Origin: Chrysomallon squamiferum
Taxonomy: Eukaryota; Animalia; Mollusca
Direction of reading: 5' to 3'
NCBI GenBank assembly: GCA_012295275.1
Contig: CM022678.1
Location: 2,666,001-2,730,000, forward strand
DNA: 64,000 nt
Shown one piece after another: positions 1 to 44,267 of the stretch. The translations under genes were made by a program, and so were the position numbers. Each line of letters starts with the position of its first letter. Within the stretch, counting starts at the first letter, position 1. The notes under the pieces are model-generated. The model was given only the letters and a program-made list of their open reading frames with translations. It ran no database searches and had not been told where the DNA came from.

Positions 1-143
1 CAAAAACTCCATTTAAGTGTAACCCATCACAATTTTTTTTTTTTTTTTTTCACATTATGAAATATGAAGAACTATTGCTTATTCTCCAATAATTAACCAT
101 CTGAACAAGAAATAAAAATTAAAAAAATATTTTAATTTTTATT

Positions 144-201
<58 letters not shown>

Positions 202-1047
202 GTTTTTTTTTTTGTTGTAAACATCACAGATTTGTGGGAAATAGTTAGAGGAAAAGTAAAATTTTCTTTAATCAGTTATGAAATAATTGCTTATCGTATG
301 AAATTGACCTTCATATATCCAAAGAACAAACAACAAAACAATTTTACACATTTAATTAAAAGATTAAACCCTTTGATCTTGTTTTACAAATTACCAATCA
401 ACTTGTTGGACCAATGGTGTATCAAATAAGGTTTTTGAAAGATATAATATAATCAGCAAAATAAATACAGAAGAGAACAGGACGGTGATAAGTTTTACAA
501 AAGAAAATAAATAAAATAAGATAGAAAGTAAACAAGTGAAGATATTTTGTAAAAAAAAAAAAAAAAACAATTTTCTGTGTAATAACATTTTTAGGTAAAA
601 GAAACACTATAAAATGCAGGTAGGCTTAGTTCAGAATCATTCTGTTATTTTCAAATTTCATTTCATTTTTTTAATTTATTTATTTATTACCTATTTTGGC
701 TTTATAAAACAATTGAAACAACATGATGCACACTAAATACATTCAATATTTCATTTTCAGTGCAACTAAAACAGCTTATGTACAATATGCTGAATGAATA
801 TAAAGGCCAGTGAATAACATTTCCCCCAACCCTCAACATCTTTGGGGTCAATAAATAAAAATATTTCACTAAGTTATTTCATGCGGCTATATATTTATAT
901 ACATACAATGATTTTAAAAGATTAATTTTAAAACATTTGGGAATGGGGAAAAAGCACCATAATCACACAGCCCATATAAAAAGGACCTGATCAAGTGGAT
1001 TCTAAAGACTGGCATGTCAGAGACTAGCATCTTATAAAATCTTACAA

Positions 1048-1081
<34 letters not shown>

Positions 1082-2711
1082 AATAAATAAAAGGTTGTTC
1101 TTTGTTATCAACTGCTCCACAAACCTGAGATTATGTTTAGAAATTTTGGTTGAATTATCAAGTTGTGTTTTAGTCCAGTTGTCGAAAGTTACGCAAATTA
1201 AATTAATGAAATATTCAAACAATTATTCAAACTTGATTTCTTGTGAAAGATTAAATAAAATAAATCATTTTTAACATAAGTAAAATAATATAAATTGATT
1301 AAAACAAAAATAAATAAATAAGAAACAATTTCAGTTTTAATGAAACAACTTAAAGGCTGAAAAGTGCAAGGAAAAAGTACCACATGTCATATTGTAAGAT
1401 ATTACCTGCAATGTCAAAAGTGGATTCCATTTAAAACTATAAAAGAATTTTACTTTTACATATTTGTACTTAGAACATCAGATTAAAATTTCAAATATAA
1501 TTCTTTATTTATTTTTTTACATTTTTTTTATTATAGTTTTGTTTAAAATTTAATTTTTCAAGAATATAGCTAAAAACAGATTATTTGTATCACTGTCTGC
1601 TATTACTCCTATCATTTTTTTTAAAACCAATCTAAAGAGGATTCAGCAACATTTCAGTGATTTTTAAATTAAACAATACTTTATCAAGACAATCTTTTAT
1701 GTATTATGAAATTATTGAACAATTATTTTTGTTTATCATTAAGTTATTAAACAATATTTTTAATATTAAATTGTTTTATCCATCAGCAAGTTATTAAAAA
1801 AGTATCACCTATCATTTACGCTATTAGACAATATTTGTATCGATTATAAACTTGTATCCACAGTTGGTCTGTATCCACCACAAGCACACATTGTATCCCT
1901 CTACCATCACATCAAGTACTATAATTACATGATTAAAATATTCACTACCATCTCCCAAAAAAAGTTCAATACAACGAAGCCAAGGAATTAAAATACTGAC
2001 AAATGAAAGTAATCAACAATTGTGACATATGATATGATTTGATGCAAAAACATTATACTAACAGCAAATTAAAAACATTAAAAAAAAAAAACCAGGAGAA
2101 ACAGGAAACAAAAAAAAAAAATAAAGAAAAAAAAGTGATTTCATTTGGGGAAGAATAATCATAAAAAAGAAAAAAGCTGAAACTGAAAAAAGTATGCTTG
2201 TGTGTTTATGTATATTCACAGACACATCAACATATGGATGAAATGTATGTTTGTATGTAACATTTAAAATAAATGATAAAAAATATACTTTTAGAGAAAA
2301 TTAAAAAAACAACAACTGAAAAACAAAAGAATATTTAGTTTTTAGGGACTTGTTAAAACCATATCAGAACATTTAACAAACATGTTGGTTCCTTTTACAA
2401 TTAATAATTAAAAAGACAATAAAGAGTAATAAATAACGGGGAGAGAAAAAAAAAAAATGTTCATTTTTTTAATTTTTTTTTTTAAAAATTAAAATTACGA
2501 AATGAAATAAAACTTTAAAAACTATTTCTCAATGGATTTCGACATATGATGAGAAGTTACTTGGAAGAAGAAAATTAAAAAAAAAAAAAAAAAAAAAACA
2601 AGGAAAAGAAAAGTATCCATTTAAAATTATGTTCCACGCTGCCACAACACAAAATCTGCACCCAAAATGGTTTATCAAGGCCTGCAACAACATTTTCTAA
2701 ATATATATATC

Positions 2712-2748
<37 letters not shown>

Positions 2749-3260
2749 ATGTATAAAATCAACAAAAAACTAGGTTTCCCGGCTTATTTCATTATCATAT
2801 ATTCAAACAGTTTTTTTTTATACATGTACAGTTTTTTTTTTTAAAAACATAGGAAGTACTTTGTTGCAGAACCAAAATTCAAAATATATTAATAAATTGA
2901 GCACAGCCTTTTTTTTTTTCCTTTTTTTTTTTGTGGGTGAAGATAAAAACTGGATATTGCAAACTCTGTAGTGGAGGAAACGAGAAAAAGCTGCATTTTT
3001 ACACTCAGAAGTTCTTTTTTTTTTTCTTTTTTTTTTTTTTTCTGTTAAATTCTTGTTCTTCTTCGTCTTTTTTTATTATTAAAATTCCTTTACACGTTCC
3101 TCTTCTTCGTTTTAAAAACACAAGAAAACAGCTCTCCAGATTGCCACTTCACAGCCAACAACAACAATAATAGTAATAGTAATTAAGATGACTACTGTCG
3201 AGGATGGCACGTGATTGTATAAATAGAGGAGTTGAGATATGTCGTGTGCATAAAAACGGA

Positions 3261-33612
<30,352 letters not shown>

Positions 33613-33691
33613 TTTTGCATTCTACAGCCGACAGAGGCTGAAATTTGTAATGAAATCGCCAGACAACACCTCACGTAGCCCGGAATAGAAA

Positions 33692-33703
33692 CAACATGGC
33701 GGC
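33692..33703 (-). promoter_or_regulatory. YY1-like motif (GCCGCCATGTTG) near the presumed Argonaute transcription start
   Basis: Matches the GCCGCCATnTTG consensus, 80 nt upstream of the ATG, in a locally CpG-richer patch. Confidence 0.5.
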
Positions 33704-34089
33704 GATTGTGCTAACAATTAGGTCACCGACCTCGTTTTGGCTGAACCAAGTGCCCTTTTCGTTATTTTCGCATTTTCTCTTTTTTACCGCACCTTCATGA
33801 GTAATGAAAATCGATATTTATTACACACAGTAATAATGAATTGTAATATCTTAAAGTTAATTACTTTTAATCGGTATTAAAATACCATTAACAAAAAATA
33901 TTACTATTACATTCTTGAAGTGCTTGATTATATTTGGTAGGCCTATGTAATTAATAAAAGACCATGTTTTTTATTTTCCCTATATAAGCTATAATAAATT
34001 GGTATAAATAAGTAGTTTTCACCCAGTCGGTAGTTAACAGTTTATTATTATTATTATTATTATTTTTAATTTTTATTAATTAATTAATT

Positions 34090-34140
<51 letters not shown>

Positions 34141-34191
34141 TAATTTTCATTTATTAATTAATTATTATTATTATTTAATTTTTATTAATTA

Positions 34192-34239
<48 letters not shown>

Positions 34240-34654
34240 TAAAGCGACGGAGAATATTATTACAATCACATAATTGCGATGCACGTGTGCTGACGAATGC
34301 AGTGCGTGGTTTGCGTGCATGGTTAGCTTGCTGGTAGAAAGCAAGGGTGTTAATTCAGGACTGACTCAAAATTCTTTCAAAGGGGTGGGGTCGCCGTTTT
34401 AACAAAAACATTTCAATAAACAAATAAATAAAAATAAACGCACTCATCCAAAAACAATAACAACCAAACGACGTGAAGAACATCGATGATAAAACGAAAA
34501 AGTAAATTTTCGCAAAATGAAATGATTTTTTGTCATGATTAACATATTACTGTTCTGTTTGGCAGCGATGGGCACCAAACCAAGATAACCTTGAAATAAA
34601 CAGGTTGATAGGATCTACACCGTCTAATTATTTATTGTTGTTGTTATTATTTAT

Positions 34655-34690
<36 letters not shown>

Positions 34691-34899
34691 GTTTACTGAT
34701 GATTTTATTTTTAAATACTAATTTTAAACTGGACAGAATTTTTACCTTAAATTAAGATCTTTAATTTAAATGGAGATGAACAAATATATAAAGAAAAAAG
34801 AAAGAAGAAGAAAAATTCTTCAAACACCATCTCACAAACAATAATTTTTTTCTTCTAGAATCATGTAAATTTTTCGACAGCCTAAATAAACTAAAGCAA

Positions 34900-35185
34900 A
34901 AGAAAGGAGGAAATATTTTAAGAACACATTCAACACATTTTATTTAGTTCTATGGTGTCAGAAATATTTGTAAGAATCACTCTGATGAGTGGAAATCTGC
35001 TGTCAACATTTTGTGGGTTCCTCTTCTCAGTTAGCAACAAGCAATTGTTTATGTGTGCCATCCCACATACAGCACCCTTGCTACACCAGCTATGGAGCAT
35101 TGGCAGGAATGTGAAATAGCTGTGTCCCACCAAGGATTGATCCAACAACCCACTGTGTGTTAAGCAGAGATTCTGAGTTACAATG
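34900..35185 (-). mobile_element. Decayed SINE-like repeat (probably tRNA-derived)
   Basis: Higher-complexity island (caacacattttattt..tatggtgtcaga..ccatcccaca..acaccag..ggagca.tggc.ggaa..gaaatagct..gattgatcc) ending in a simple purine-rich tail. From memory it resembles an abundant gastropod SINE; not verified by a search. Confidence 0.55.
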
Positions 35186-35559
35186 CATTAAAGTGTTTTA
35201 GTAATATATATATATATATTTTTTTTTTTAAAGCAATTTTTTTACATAACATTACACAAACATGTATCTACATTTTCACTGTTTTCAAGCCTTTTCAATA
35301 TTTTAAAATTTCATTCTTTAATTAATATGATTGTGTTTATTGAACATAAATATACCATCTTTCATGTTTTTGTATATTCTATTTATGTAACAAAAGACAA
35401 ATGCAAAATAGAATAAAAATAAAACAAAAAAAAACAAGTTTGCTGAAGTTACAATTTATTTATTGATACCAATACACAGGAACATAATGCAACAACAAAA
35501 ATAAACAAAACCAACCCAAAATACTATACTATTATTTTTCAAATTTCAGAGAACAAAAA

Positions 35560-35609
<50 letters not shown>

Positions 35610-36357
35610 AATAAAAGAAATAATAATACATAAATAGAAAAAAAATAAAATAAAAAAAATAAATAAATAAAAAGAATTTAATAAAATGACATATTTTTGA
35701 CAAATCATTTATAGATATTCATGACATGAACATAAGATTAACATGTGCAGCTTTAACGAGACCCCACATCTCAACAATTTATGTGTACATGATGGCAATA
35801 AAACATGGGTATTGCTATATGAAATTTAAAAATATATATAAATTCAAAAACAATCTGAAATAATGAATTAAAAAAAACCAACAACAAATGAAAAAAACAA
35901 AAAGGTTTAAGCAGTATAAACAATTTATAAAACAAAAATCAGCAGGCAGTTTAATAATATATATTTTTTATTTATTTATTTATTTATTATTTCATTTATT
36001 ATTATTACTATAATTGTAATATAATAATAATAATAATTATTATTATTATTGTTATCATCATTATTATTATTGTACTCTGCCATACCAGTAATGAAAACCT
36101 CATTCTGTTTAAGTAAAATGTTAATTTCAAAATAATAATAATAATCATAATAATAATAATAATAATAAATAACATTAAAAAGAAAAAAACTTCATCTCTT
36201 TTCATTTATTTTAATTACATTTATTTTTATGTACACACATTCATATTCAAACAAGGGATCCAGTCAAAGCCAAGCTTCAACGTCATTTCATTTACATTTC
36301 CACCATTTTATTTCATTCTTGTCTCAAGTCTTTAATTGAAAACGATCCCGTCATCAA

Positions 36358-36501
36358 TCACTCCATCATTGGCGCACCTTCCTCACCAGTGGCATCATCG
36401 GCGATGTGCAGGTCTTCCAACATCTCCTGCAGACTGATCTGAGGAGGCGACTCGTCGTCTGTCGTGTCGTCAACCTGAACCTGAAGTTTGTCATAATCTG
36501 A

Positions 36502-36542
<41 letters not shown>

Positions 36543-38875
36543 CACACACACACACACACTAATTCACACTTGAAGGGTTGGCAAAATAGTTCTAAATTCA
36601 AAATTCAAATATTTGCCATAACTCTAATGGTGACAAGTATGTTTCATAGGTGCAAGAAATACTTGCTCATGCATATTTATTGTATATATATATATATTTT
36701 TTTTTTTTTTACATTTTTATTTTATGTATTTTTATCTGATGAATTAACTGTTAATTTTTTTTTTTTTAAATATTGAAACCGCTGTACAGAATTTGTAAAG
36801 CAGATGTGTCATGTGTTTTTTATCTGTCCTCAAAGTTAGTACAGTGGATTGCAAGGATGCAAACTCTCCAATGTACACCACACTGCCATATCTCAATGTT
36901 TGCTTTAGGACTTTTGTTCCCCTCCCACCACACATTTAAGAAATGGACTGATTTGTAACGAAGCATACAAAGTCCTATATTTAATAAATATCTGCAGAGT
37001 ATCTGTTCATGATGTATATAAAATACAAACTGATTTCATGTTTATACTGGGATCTTTTTCTCAAACTACAAGTGTTGGGGATTTTGCTGGAATTGAAAGG
37101 GTTAATAATAATTGAAAACAAGTTGTTGACAAACCTTTGTAGACATTGACATTTTGTCTGTATGCTGCATCTTCTTCTAAATCTTCCAAAAAGTCATTGT
37201 AGTCCCTGATGAAAACGATTTTTGAATATTTTTAAAATATATTTAATTATTTTCATAACGATAAAAATAATTATTACGTTTTTAAAACTTTTAAAAATAC
37301 TTTTCTATTATTTTCATTTCTTTTTAAATTACACTTTTATTTACAAAACATTTAATTAATTTTTTTTTAAATTATTTATATTTATGAATTATTAAAAAAA
37401 ACTTAATACGATAATATAAAAAAAACCCAGTTTGTTGTTGAAACTAAATTTTATAGTCTTATAAATTAATTAAGTATATTTACATTTAAAATTTAAATAA
37501 AGCAAAATGGTACTTTATTTTAAAATTAATAAAAATCTCTTTTTCAGAAAGTTGTCACTGAATTCATTATTTCTTTAATTTCTATTTTTTTTTTTAATTT
37601 TTGAATATTATTTTTCCACGAGATGTACACAGACAGACAACATTACAGACATTCTGACATGTAATCTGATAAACAGAACAGTTTTTCACCTTGTGTCACT
37701 TTCTGTTTCCAAGGCAGCATTTTCCTGAAGATGTTTGAGCTTCCATTTCCTCTTTCTGATTCGTTTTTGCTTGTCATAAACTTTTTTCACCAAAATCTAA
37801 ACAAAAAAACACACAAAACAATCATGAGACTAAACATTAAGAAAACACTCATAAAATACTTGTAATGCCATATAACAATTATATATATATATATATATAC
37901 AAATACAAAAACAAAGATTTCAGACTCTCTCTCTCTCTCTCTCACACACACACATGTATAAGCTAATGTCTCCCATTTCCAAAAAACATCAATACAATAA
38001 GATTACTTATGTATATTACCTAGATACTCCAAATAAACACACAGAATTAATTTAAAAAAAAAATAATAATAATAATAACTGTAATAATAATAATATCTTT
38101 TTTTTTTGCCCCTCATGTCAACTTCAGAATCAACATAAAAACAACAAAAAGAACAGTAAAATATTAACATAATGAAAGATATCTGTTCTAAGTATGGACT
38201 ATCCAAATTACAGAAACCGTAACTGTACAAATATTTATGAAACAATAATCAGTGGTTGAGAAATCTGAGGAAGTTAAACATGCTTTTACAAGCTGTTTTG
38301 TCATCTAACACTCAACTGAACAGAAATCCGTGGAAGTTAAACATTCTTTTACAAGCTGTTTTGTCATCTAACACTCAACTGAACATGAAGAAAAAAGTGA
38401 TTTACCACATCAGGAATTTTGTCCGATTTAATTACGTCAAACTCCCAGTTGTTCAAGTTGGCATTCACAAAATCAAATCTGTGAAAAAAGACAACAAAAA
38501 TACACATGTAATATATAAACCGCACATGCACAAATAATGAATCAAATAAGGCATAAAACAACAACAATTTCAATAAAAAATTATTTTAAATCCCCCATCC
38601 AAATAGAATAAAGAAGAAAAAAAAAATATATATATATATATAAAATAAATAATATTAATATAAAAACATAATAATAATAAAACCATAACAATAAAGCCAA
38701 ACACAGTCATAATAATAATACAATAAAACTAATAACAAAAATAAAACCAAAAATATTAACAACTTAAAAAATATTAAAATCCCTATAAAATAATAACAAA
38801 TAGTAATACAAATAATAAAATAATAATCGTAACACAATAAAATTAACAACATCAACGAAAACAAAAACAAAACAG

Positions 38876-38909
<34 letters not shown>

Positions 38910-41900
38910 TACTTACCCTAACACAGTGTCACCCACATTGAGAAGATGACCAAGGTGGGTTCGGGTAAAGAACTGAAGGTCGTTGACCCCTAGGTCACTC
39001 ATTCTTGATACCCACACATCTGCTAATACATGCTTAACAAAAAAAAAAAAAAAAAAAAACAATAAAAATTTAGGAATTTTAACTTTTTTCTTTCTTCTTT
39101 AATCACAATCCCATTAAGGTTTTATTCATACTGAAATTTAAAAAAACCAAAAAAATAATAAAATAAATTAGTTTATTGATAATAATACAGAAGCAATATA
39201 AAGACAAATTATTGTGCCCATTTGATTTTGTGCTAATAATAAAGGTTATAATATTGTGCAAAGGCAGACATTTTCTTTTCGCTTTTTTATTTTGTTTTCA
39301 TAAATTTGCATGTTAAATCTTTAGAAAAACTGTCAATATTAGCACAAACAAAACTGAATCTGTGTTTTCTATAGTTCAACATCAGCCTATATGAATCTTG
39401 TTCATACTGTGAACTTTTTAGTCTTACTTCACACTTTATTATTATCAAAGATCTGTTTCTACAATCAACACATTAACAACCAGGAAGCAACAAAATCACT
39501 TTCAGGACATTTGTAAATCAGTCATAGGTGCTTTTTATAAATGTGAAATCTGTCAGTATATATCTTTTCCCAGTACAATGCATCTAGTTGTATTAAGTAT
39601 CTTTTTAAAGGACAATACATCTTGTTGAATTATCTAGTTGTATCTTTTAAATACATCTCACAATACTTCATCTAGTTGTATCATGTAAAGAATGCATCTA
39701 GTTGTATCAAGTACCTTGCTGGAGACAAATTCTCTGAGTTGTTCTTTCTCGGGTACAAAACTAAACATCTAACTGTATCAATCAGCTGTACAATACATCT
39801 GACAGAAACGGTATCACAAACAATGCATTCAGCTGTATCACATATTAAAATTCAGCGTTTCAAAGAACATCTAGATATAAACAACATAAAATTGTATTAA
39901 AAAGTGTTAACATCTAGATATAAACATATAAAATTCAGAGTTATTGAAAAGTGTTAACATCTAGATATAATCTCTATCTTCATCACCAAAAAGTGTTAAC
40001 ATCTAGATATAAACGCTGCTTTCAGAGTTATTGAAAAGTGTTAACATCTAGATGTAAACACAAAAATTCAGAGTTATTGAAAAGTGTTAACATCTAGATA
40101 TAAACAAATAAAATTCAGCGTTATTAAAGTGCTAACATCTAGATATAAACGATATAAAATTCAGTGTCATTAAAAAGTGTTAACATCTAGATATAAACGA
40201 CATAAAATTCAGAGTTATTAAAAAGTGTTAACATCTAGATATAAAAGATATAAAATTCAGAGTTATTGAAAAGTGTTAACATTTAGATATAAATGATATA
40301 AAATTCAGAGTTATTGAAAAGTGTTAACATCTAGATATAAACAATATAAAATTCAGCGTTATTAAAGTGTTAACATCTAGATATAAACGATATAAAATTC
40401 AGTGTCATTAAAAAGTGTTAACATCTAGATATAAACGATATAAAATTCAGCATTATTAAAAAATATTAACATATAGATATAAAACAAGCAGCACGAATAC
40501 TTCTTCTCATACTTTTTTCACATTCTAACCAGTGCCACATAAATTAATGGATAATAACCAATTATATGCTGCTAATAAATCCATGGTTTCCATGAATTTT
40601 TTTTTTTTAACAGAAATTTATGGAAACACATAACTGCATCATACACAGATAATTGTATAAACTCATAATGACTGTGCAGTGTTGATTTCAGTTGCTTGTT
40701 ATCACTTCTGACCTTGGAGTACATGGTGGTGCAAAATCCGCTAGCCATTTTAAAAAATAATCTTTTTCATTATTAAAGATTTTGAAGATTTACCATGGCG
40801 AAGAAGAACGTGACTGAAAACCATTTCATTTTTCTTGTGGTTAAGATCACACTGCTGCCATTTTAATGTCAGAAATAATCCCTATTTTTTATTATTTTTT
40901 AAAAAACATTAAAAATTAGTTATTGTTTTTTTTTTTTTTTAAATCACAAGTGACTTTCATCCCCACCCTAACACTTACCACTGTGGTTCTGAATTTTTTC
41001 TTTGTTTTACATGAAATACTGGAAGTTCACAGAACTCTAACAAACACTTACACAAATTTTATATAGTCTGTGGAACATTTTTCTTAAAATTTGTGATATT
41101 TAAAAACAAATTTGAAATGTTGAAAACTTGTACAGGTTGTATCAACCACTGCAGAATAACATCATTGTAGAGTCAGATGACTGCATTGCAGTAACAGTTA
41201 ATATACAGTAAGCAAAACGGCAAACTGACAGACAGACAGACAGACAGACTTACTCTGAAGAGTGCTGGGGTCAATAAGACGGATGGACTGGGCAACCTGG
41301 AAACACACACAGATTGGATTGATGTTGCCCAGTGAGTGAGCTAGCTTCTTCGACATACACACAACATTGTCCTGTGGAGAAAAAATATATAGTTTAAAAA
41401 AAAAAAAAAAATATATATATAATAAAAATAATTTTAAAAAATAAAATGAATATCTATGTCTTGTTCAGTAATATATATATATATATATCTGTTTATGCAA
41501 TCTTTTTTTTTTTTTTTTTAAATTTTTAAATTTTTCAAGTTGATGGGGGTTTTAATGATTGGAGGTTTGAACTATTTCAAAAAAACCATATACAGGTTAT
41601 CATGTTTTTACATGAATTAATCTGACCACAAATTCTGCCTTGAAAACTAGTACACAATTCAACAAAATGTGAACTGGTTAATGTATCACATCACCTTACT
41701 GCAAGACGTTTATGAAGAAAGCAAACTGTAAACTTATACAAAAAAATAAAATAAAAACACTATAATTTAATCAAAAATAAATATGGTAATCTGACTGACA
41801 AAAACAAAGCTGGATGGAAGTTTCCCTGCATAACATAATTCTGCTTTAATAAAAAGATATTTCAAGAAAATTATTAGCCCTCTGTAATATGAAAATTATT

Positions 41901-44236
41901 TTACCTTACAGATAGATACTCTGTAATATGATGATTATTTTACCTTACAGATAGACACTCTGTAATATGAATATTATTTTACCTTACAGATAGACACTCT
42001 GAAATATGATGATTATTTTACCTTACAGATAGACACTCTGTAATATGATGATTATTTTACCTTACAGATAGGGATGAATTTTACCTTACAGATAGGGACA
42101 ATTTCCACAGAGAAAGTGTTTTTGTAATTGTACGTGTTGTTACGCGGGTCATGAGAAACCAGTTCTTTAGCCGTCTGGTATCTGTAAAAATAATCAACAT
42201 CAGCAAAAGAGAAAAATAGTAAACCTTTTTTTTTTTTTTTTACTTCTAAATTTTCCCCATATCAATTTCTGAAGAAAACTACATAATAAAAATGAACAAA
42301 TGGATATTTTGGATTAATTATTTAATAAATACAAGTTCTAATGGACTATTTGCAAGACTTATGACATAACCATATATAAAATCAATTTATAACAAAATTA
42401 TAAACGAATCAAATGGATTAAACTAATGAAAATAATTTTTTTTAATAATAACCATCTGCAATTAAAAATATCTTATACTGAATAATCTTCTGGAAATTTA
42501 AACCAAAAAAAAATCTCAAAAGAACATTTTTTAAAAGCTGTTTGTTGTCAAGAAAACATTACCTGCATGGTACAGCAGACGTGAGAAAATCAACCAGTTT
42601 TCTGGCATCTTGAACTTGTGCATAATAAAAGTCTATTCCCTCTGAAAATATATACATGTTGTCTCTCAGTAATTACTTTTTACTCATTCTGTCAAATGTC
42701 AAAAATAGCAAATGAACCATAATGAATGAGAAAAAAAGAAGCAAAACTACAGCAATCATTCAGTTAAGTATCTAACAATGTCCTGATTCTAAAGAGACAT
42801 AATGGAGATATTCAGGTATTTTGTAGAAGTATTATTTCATTCTAATGGGTCAAATAATAATAATAATAAGTAATAGTAAAAATAATAGTAATTAAAATAA
42901 TAACAATATTAATAATAATAATAAATAATAGTAAAAATAATAACAAATATTATTAATAATAATAATAATAATAATAAATAGTAAAAATAAAAGTAATAAT
43001 AAATAATAGTAAAAATAATAATAAATAATATTAATAAAATAATAAAAATAATAACAATAACAATAATAATTAATAATTAAAATAATAATAATGGTAATAG
43101 CTAGGAAGTATAAAGAATTTTATTTGTACACTTTAAAACTCACCATGTGCAGGTTTGATGTTGACAGTGTTCAGGTGAGCTTTGTGTTTTAAAATCAACT
43201 GTTCCAGGTAAAAAAATGTCTTTTTGTGACTCGTCTGAAATACATAAACATGTTCTTAAAACATTTAAAAAACAAAATAAAATAAAATCCAAAAAAGTAT
43301 CATTTAATAACTGTTTAAACTAATTTTTCATTTATTTATCTTGATTATCTTTATTATTTCTTATTTTTTTCATATTAATTAATAAATGAATAATTTATAA
43401 ACACAAATTATTTTTGAAAATAAACATTTAGTAAAATCTTAATTCCATTTTAACATAAAAATTTATTTTTCCAAACACATTTATTTGTCAAATATTCTCC
43501 ATCAACTGAATCAAAAAATAATTTTAACTGTAATTTTTATATTTCCAAACACAAAAGAAATTTTATTTTAGTTTAATACATATATTATTTTTTTGACAAC
43601 AAAATTTCTTCATGATTTTCTTTACGTTATTTTTAAAATTAGGACATATTAATAAAAAAAACAAAAAACAATTATATCATATTTACTTAACAAGATGTAT
43701 TAACAAACAAACAAAAGAACTTTTATTTTTAATTTATTTTCAGAACAGTTATTTATTAAACAAACAAAAACCTACACACATTACAATATATCGACGTATT
43801 TTAATAAGGAAAGGCGACGTACCTTTTGCCGGATCTGGACAACTGCTCTCCAGAAATCCTTCGCCTCAACCCTGTGACAGTCATCACACATGTGATTGGT
43901 TACTGTGAACTCGACAACGAACACCTGCTGCAACACAGCACTGTTCATTACCTGGATAAACACAAACATACGCCTTCATAACGGAATGTCATTTTTTTCT
44001 GTTGTTTTTTTCTTCTAAGTTTTGTGCAGCTAGTATTTAATGTTAAAAATATGGGTAGGAAAATTATCTGATATGTTTTAGAACTGCAGATCAATTTTAG
44101 AAACTTCATGATCAATTTGCAAAATGCTGTTGCAACAAAATATATACTGATAAATATTCACATACATACGAACATACACATATATACAAACATGCACACA
44201 CACGCACACATATATAAACATTATATACATGCACAA

Positions 44237-44267
<31 letters not shown>

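Noticed and set aside
232-3170. Short ORFs in the first 3 kb and similar F/I/Y/K-rich ORFs throughout (e.g. 3456..3737, 12013..12306, 51390..51692, 59463..59888)
   Set aside because: They are translations of poly-A/T runs and microsatellites with no domain signal. The first 3 kb is probably the Argonaute 3' UTR or downstream sequence.
40794-40813. 20-nt candidate microexon (ttttcag|TCACGTTCTTCTTCGCCATG|gtaaat) that would restore NMD3 phase
   Set aside because: The phase fits, but the peptide (ITFFFAM) does not resemble the missing conserved segment. It is probably a chance match.
39860-42097. Regular 39-48 bp repeats resembling a CRISPR array
   Set aside because: The units are head-to-tail with no unique spacers, lie in eukaryotic introns, and have no cas genes nearby.
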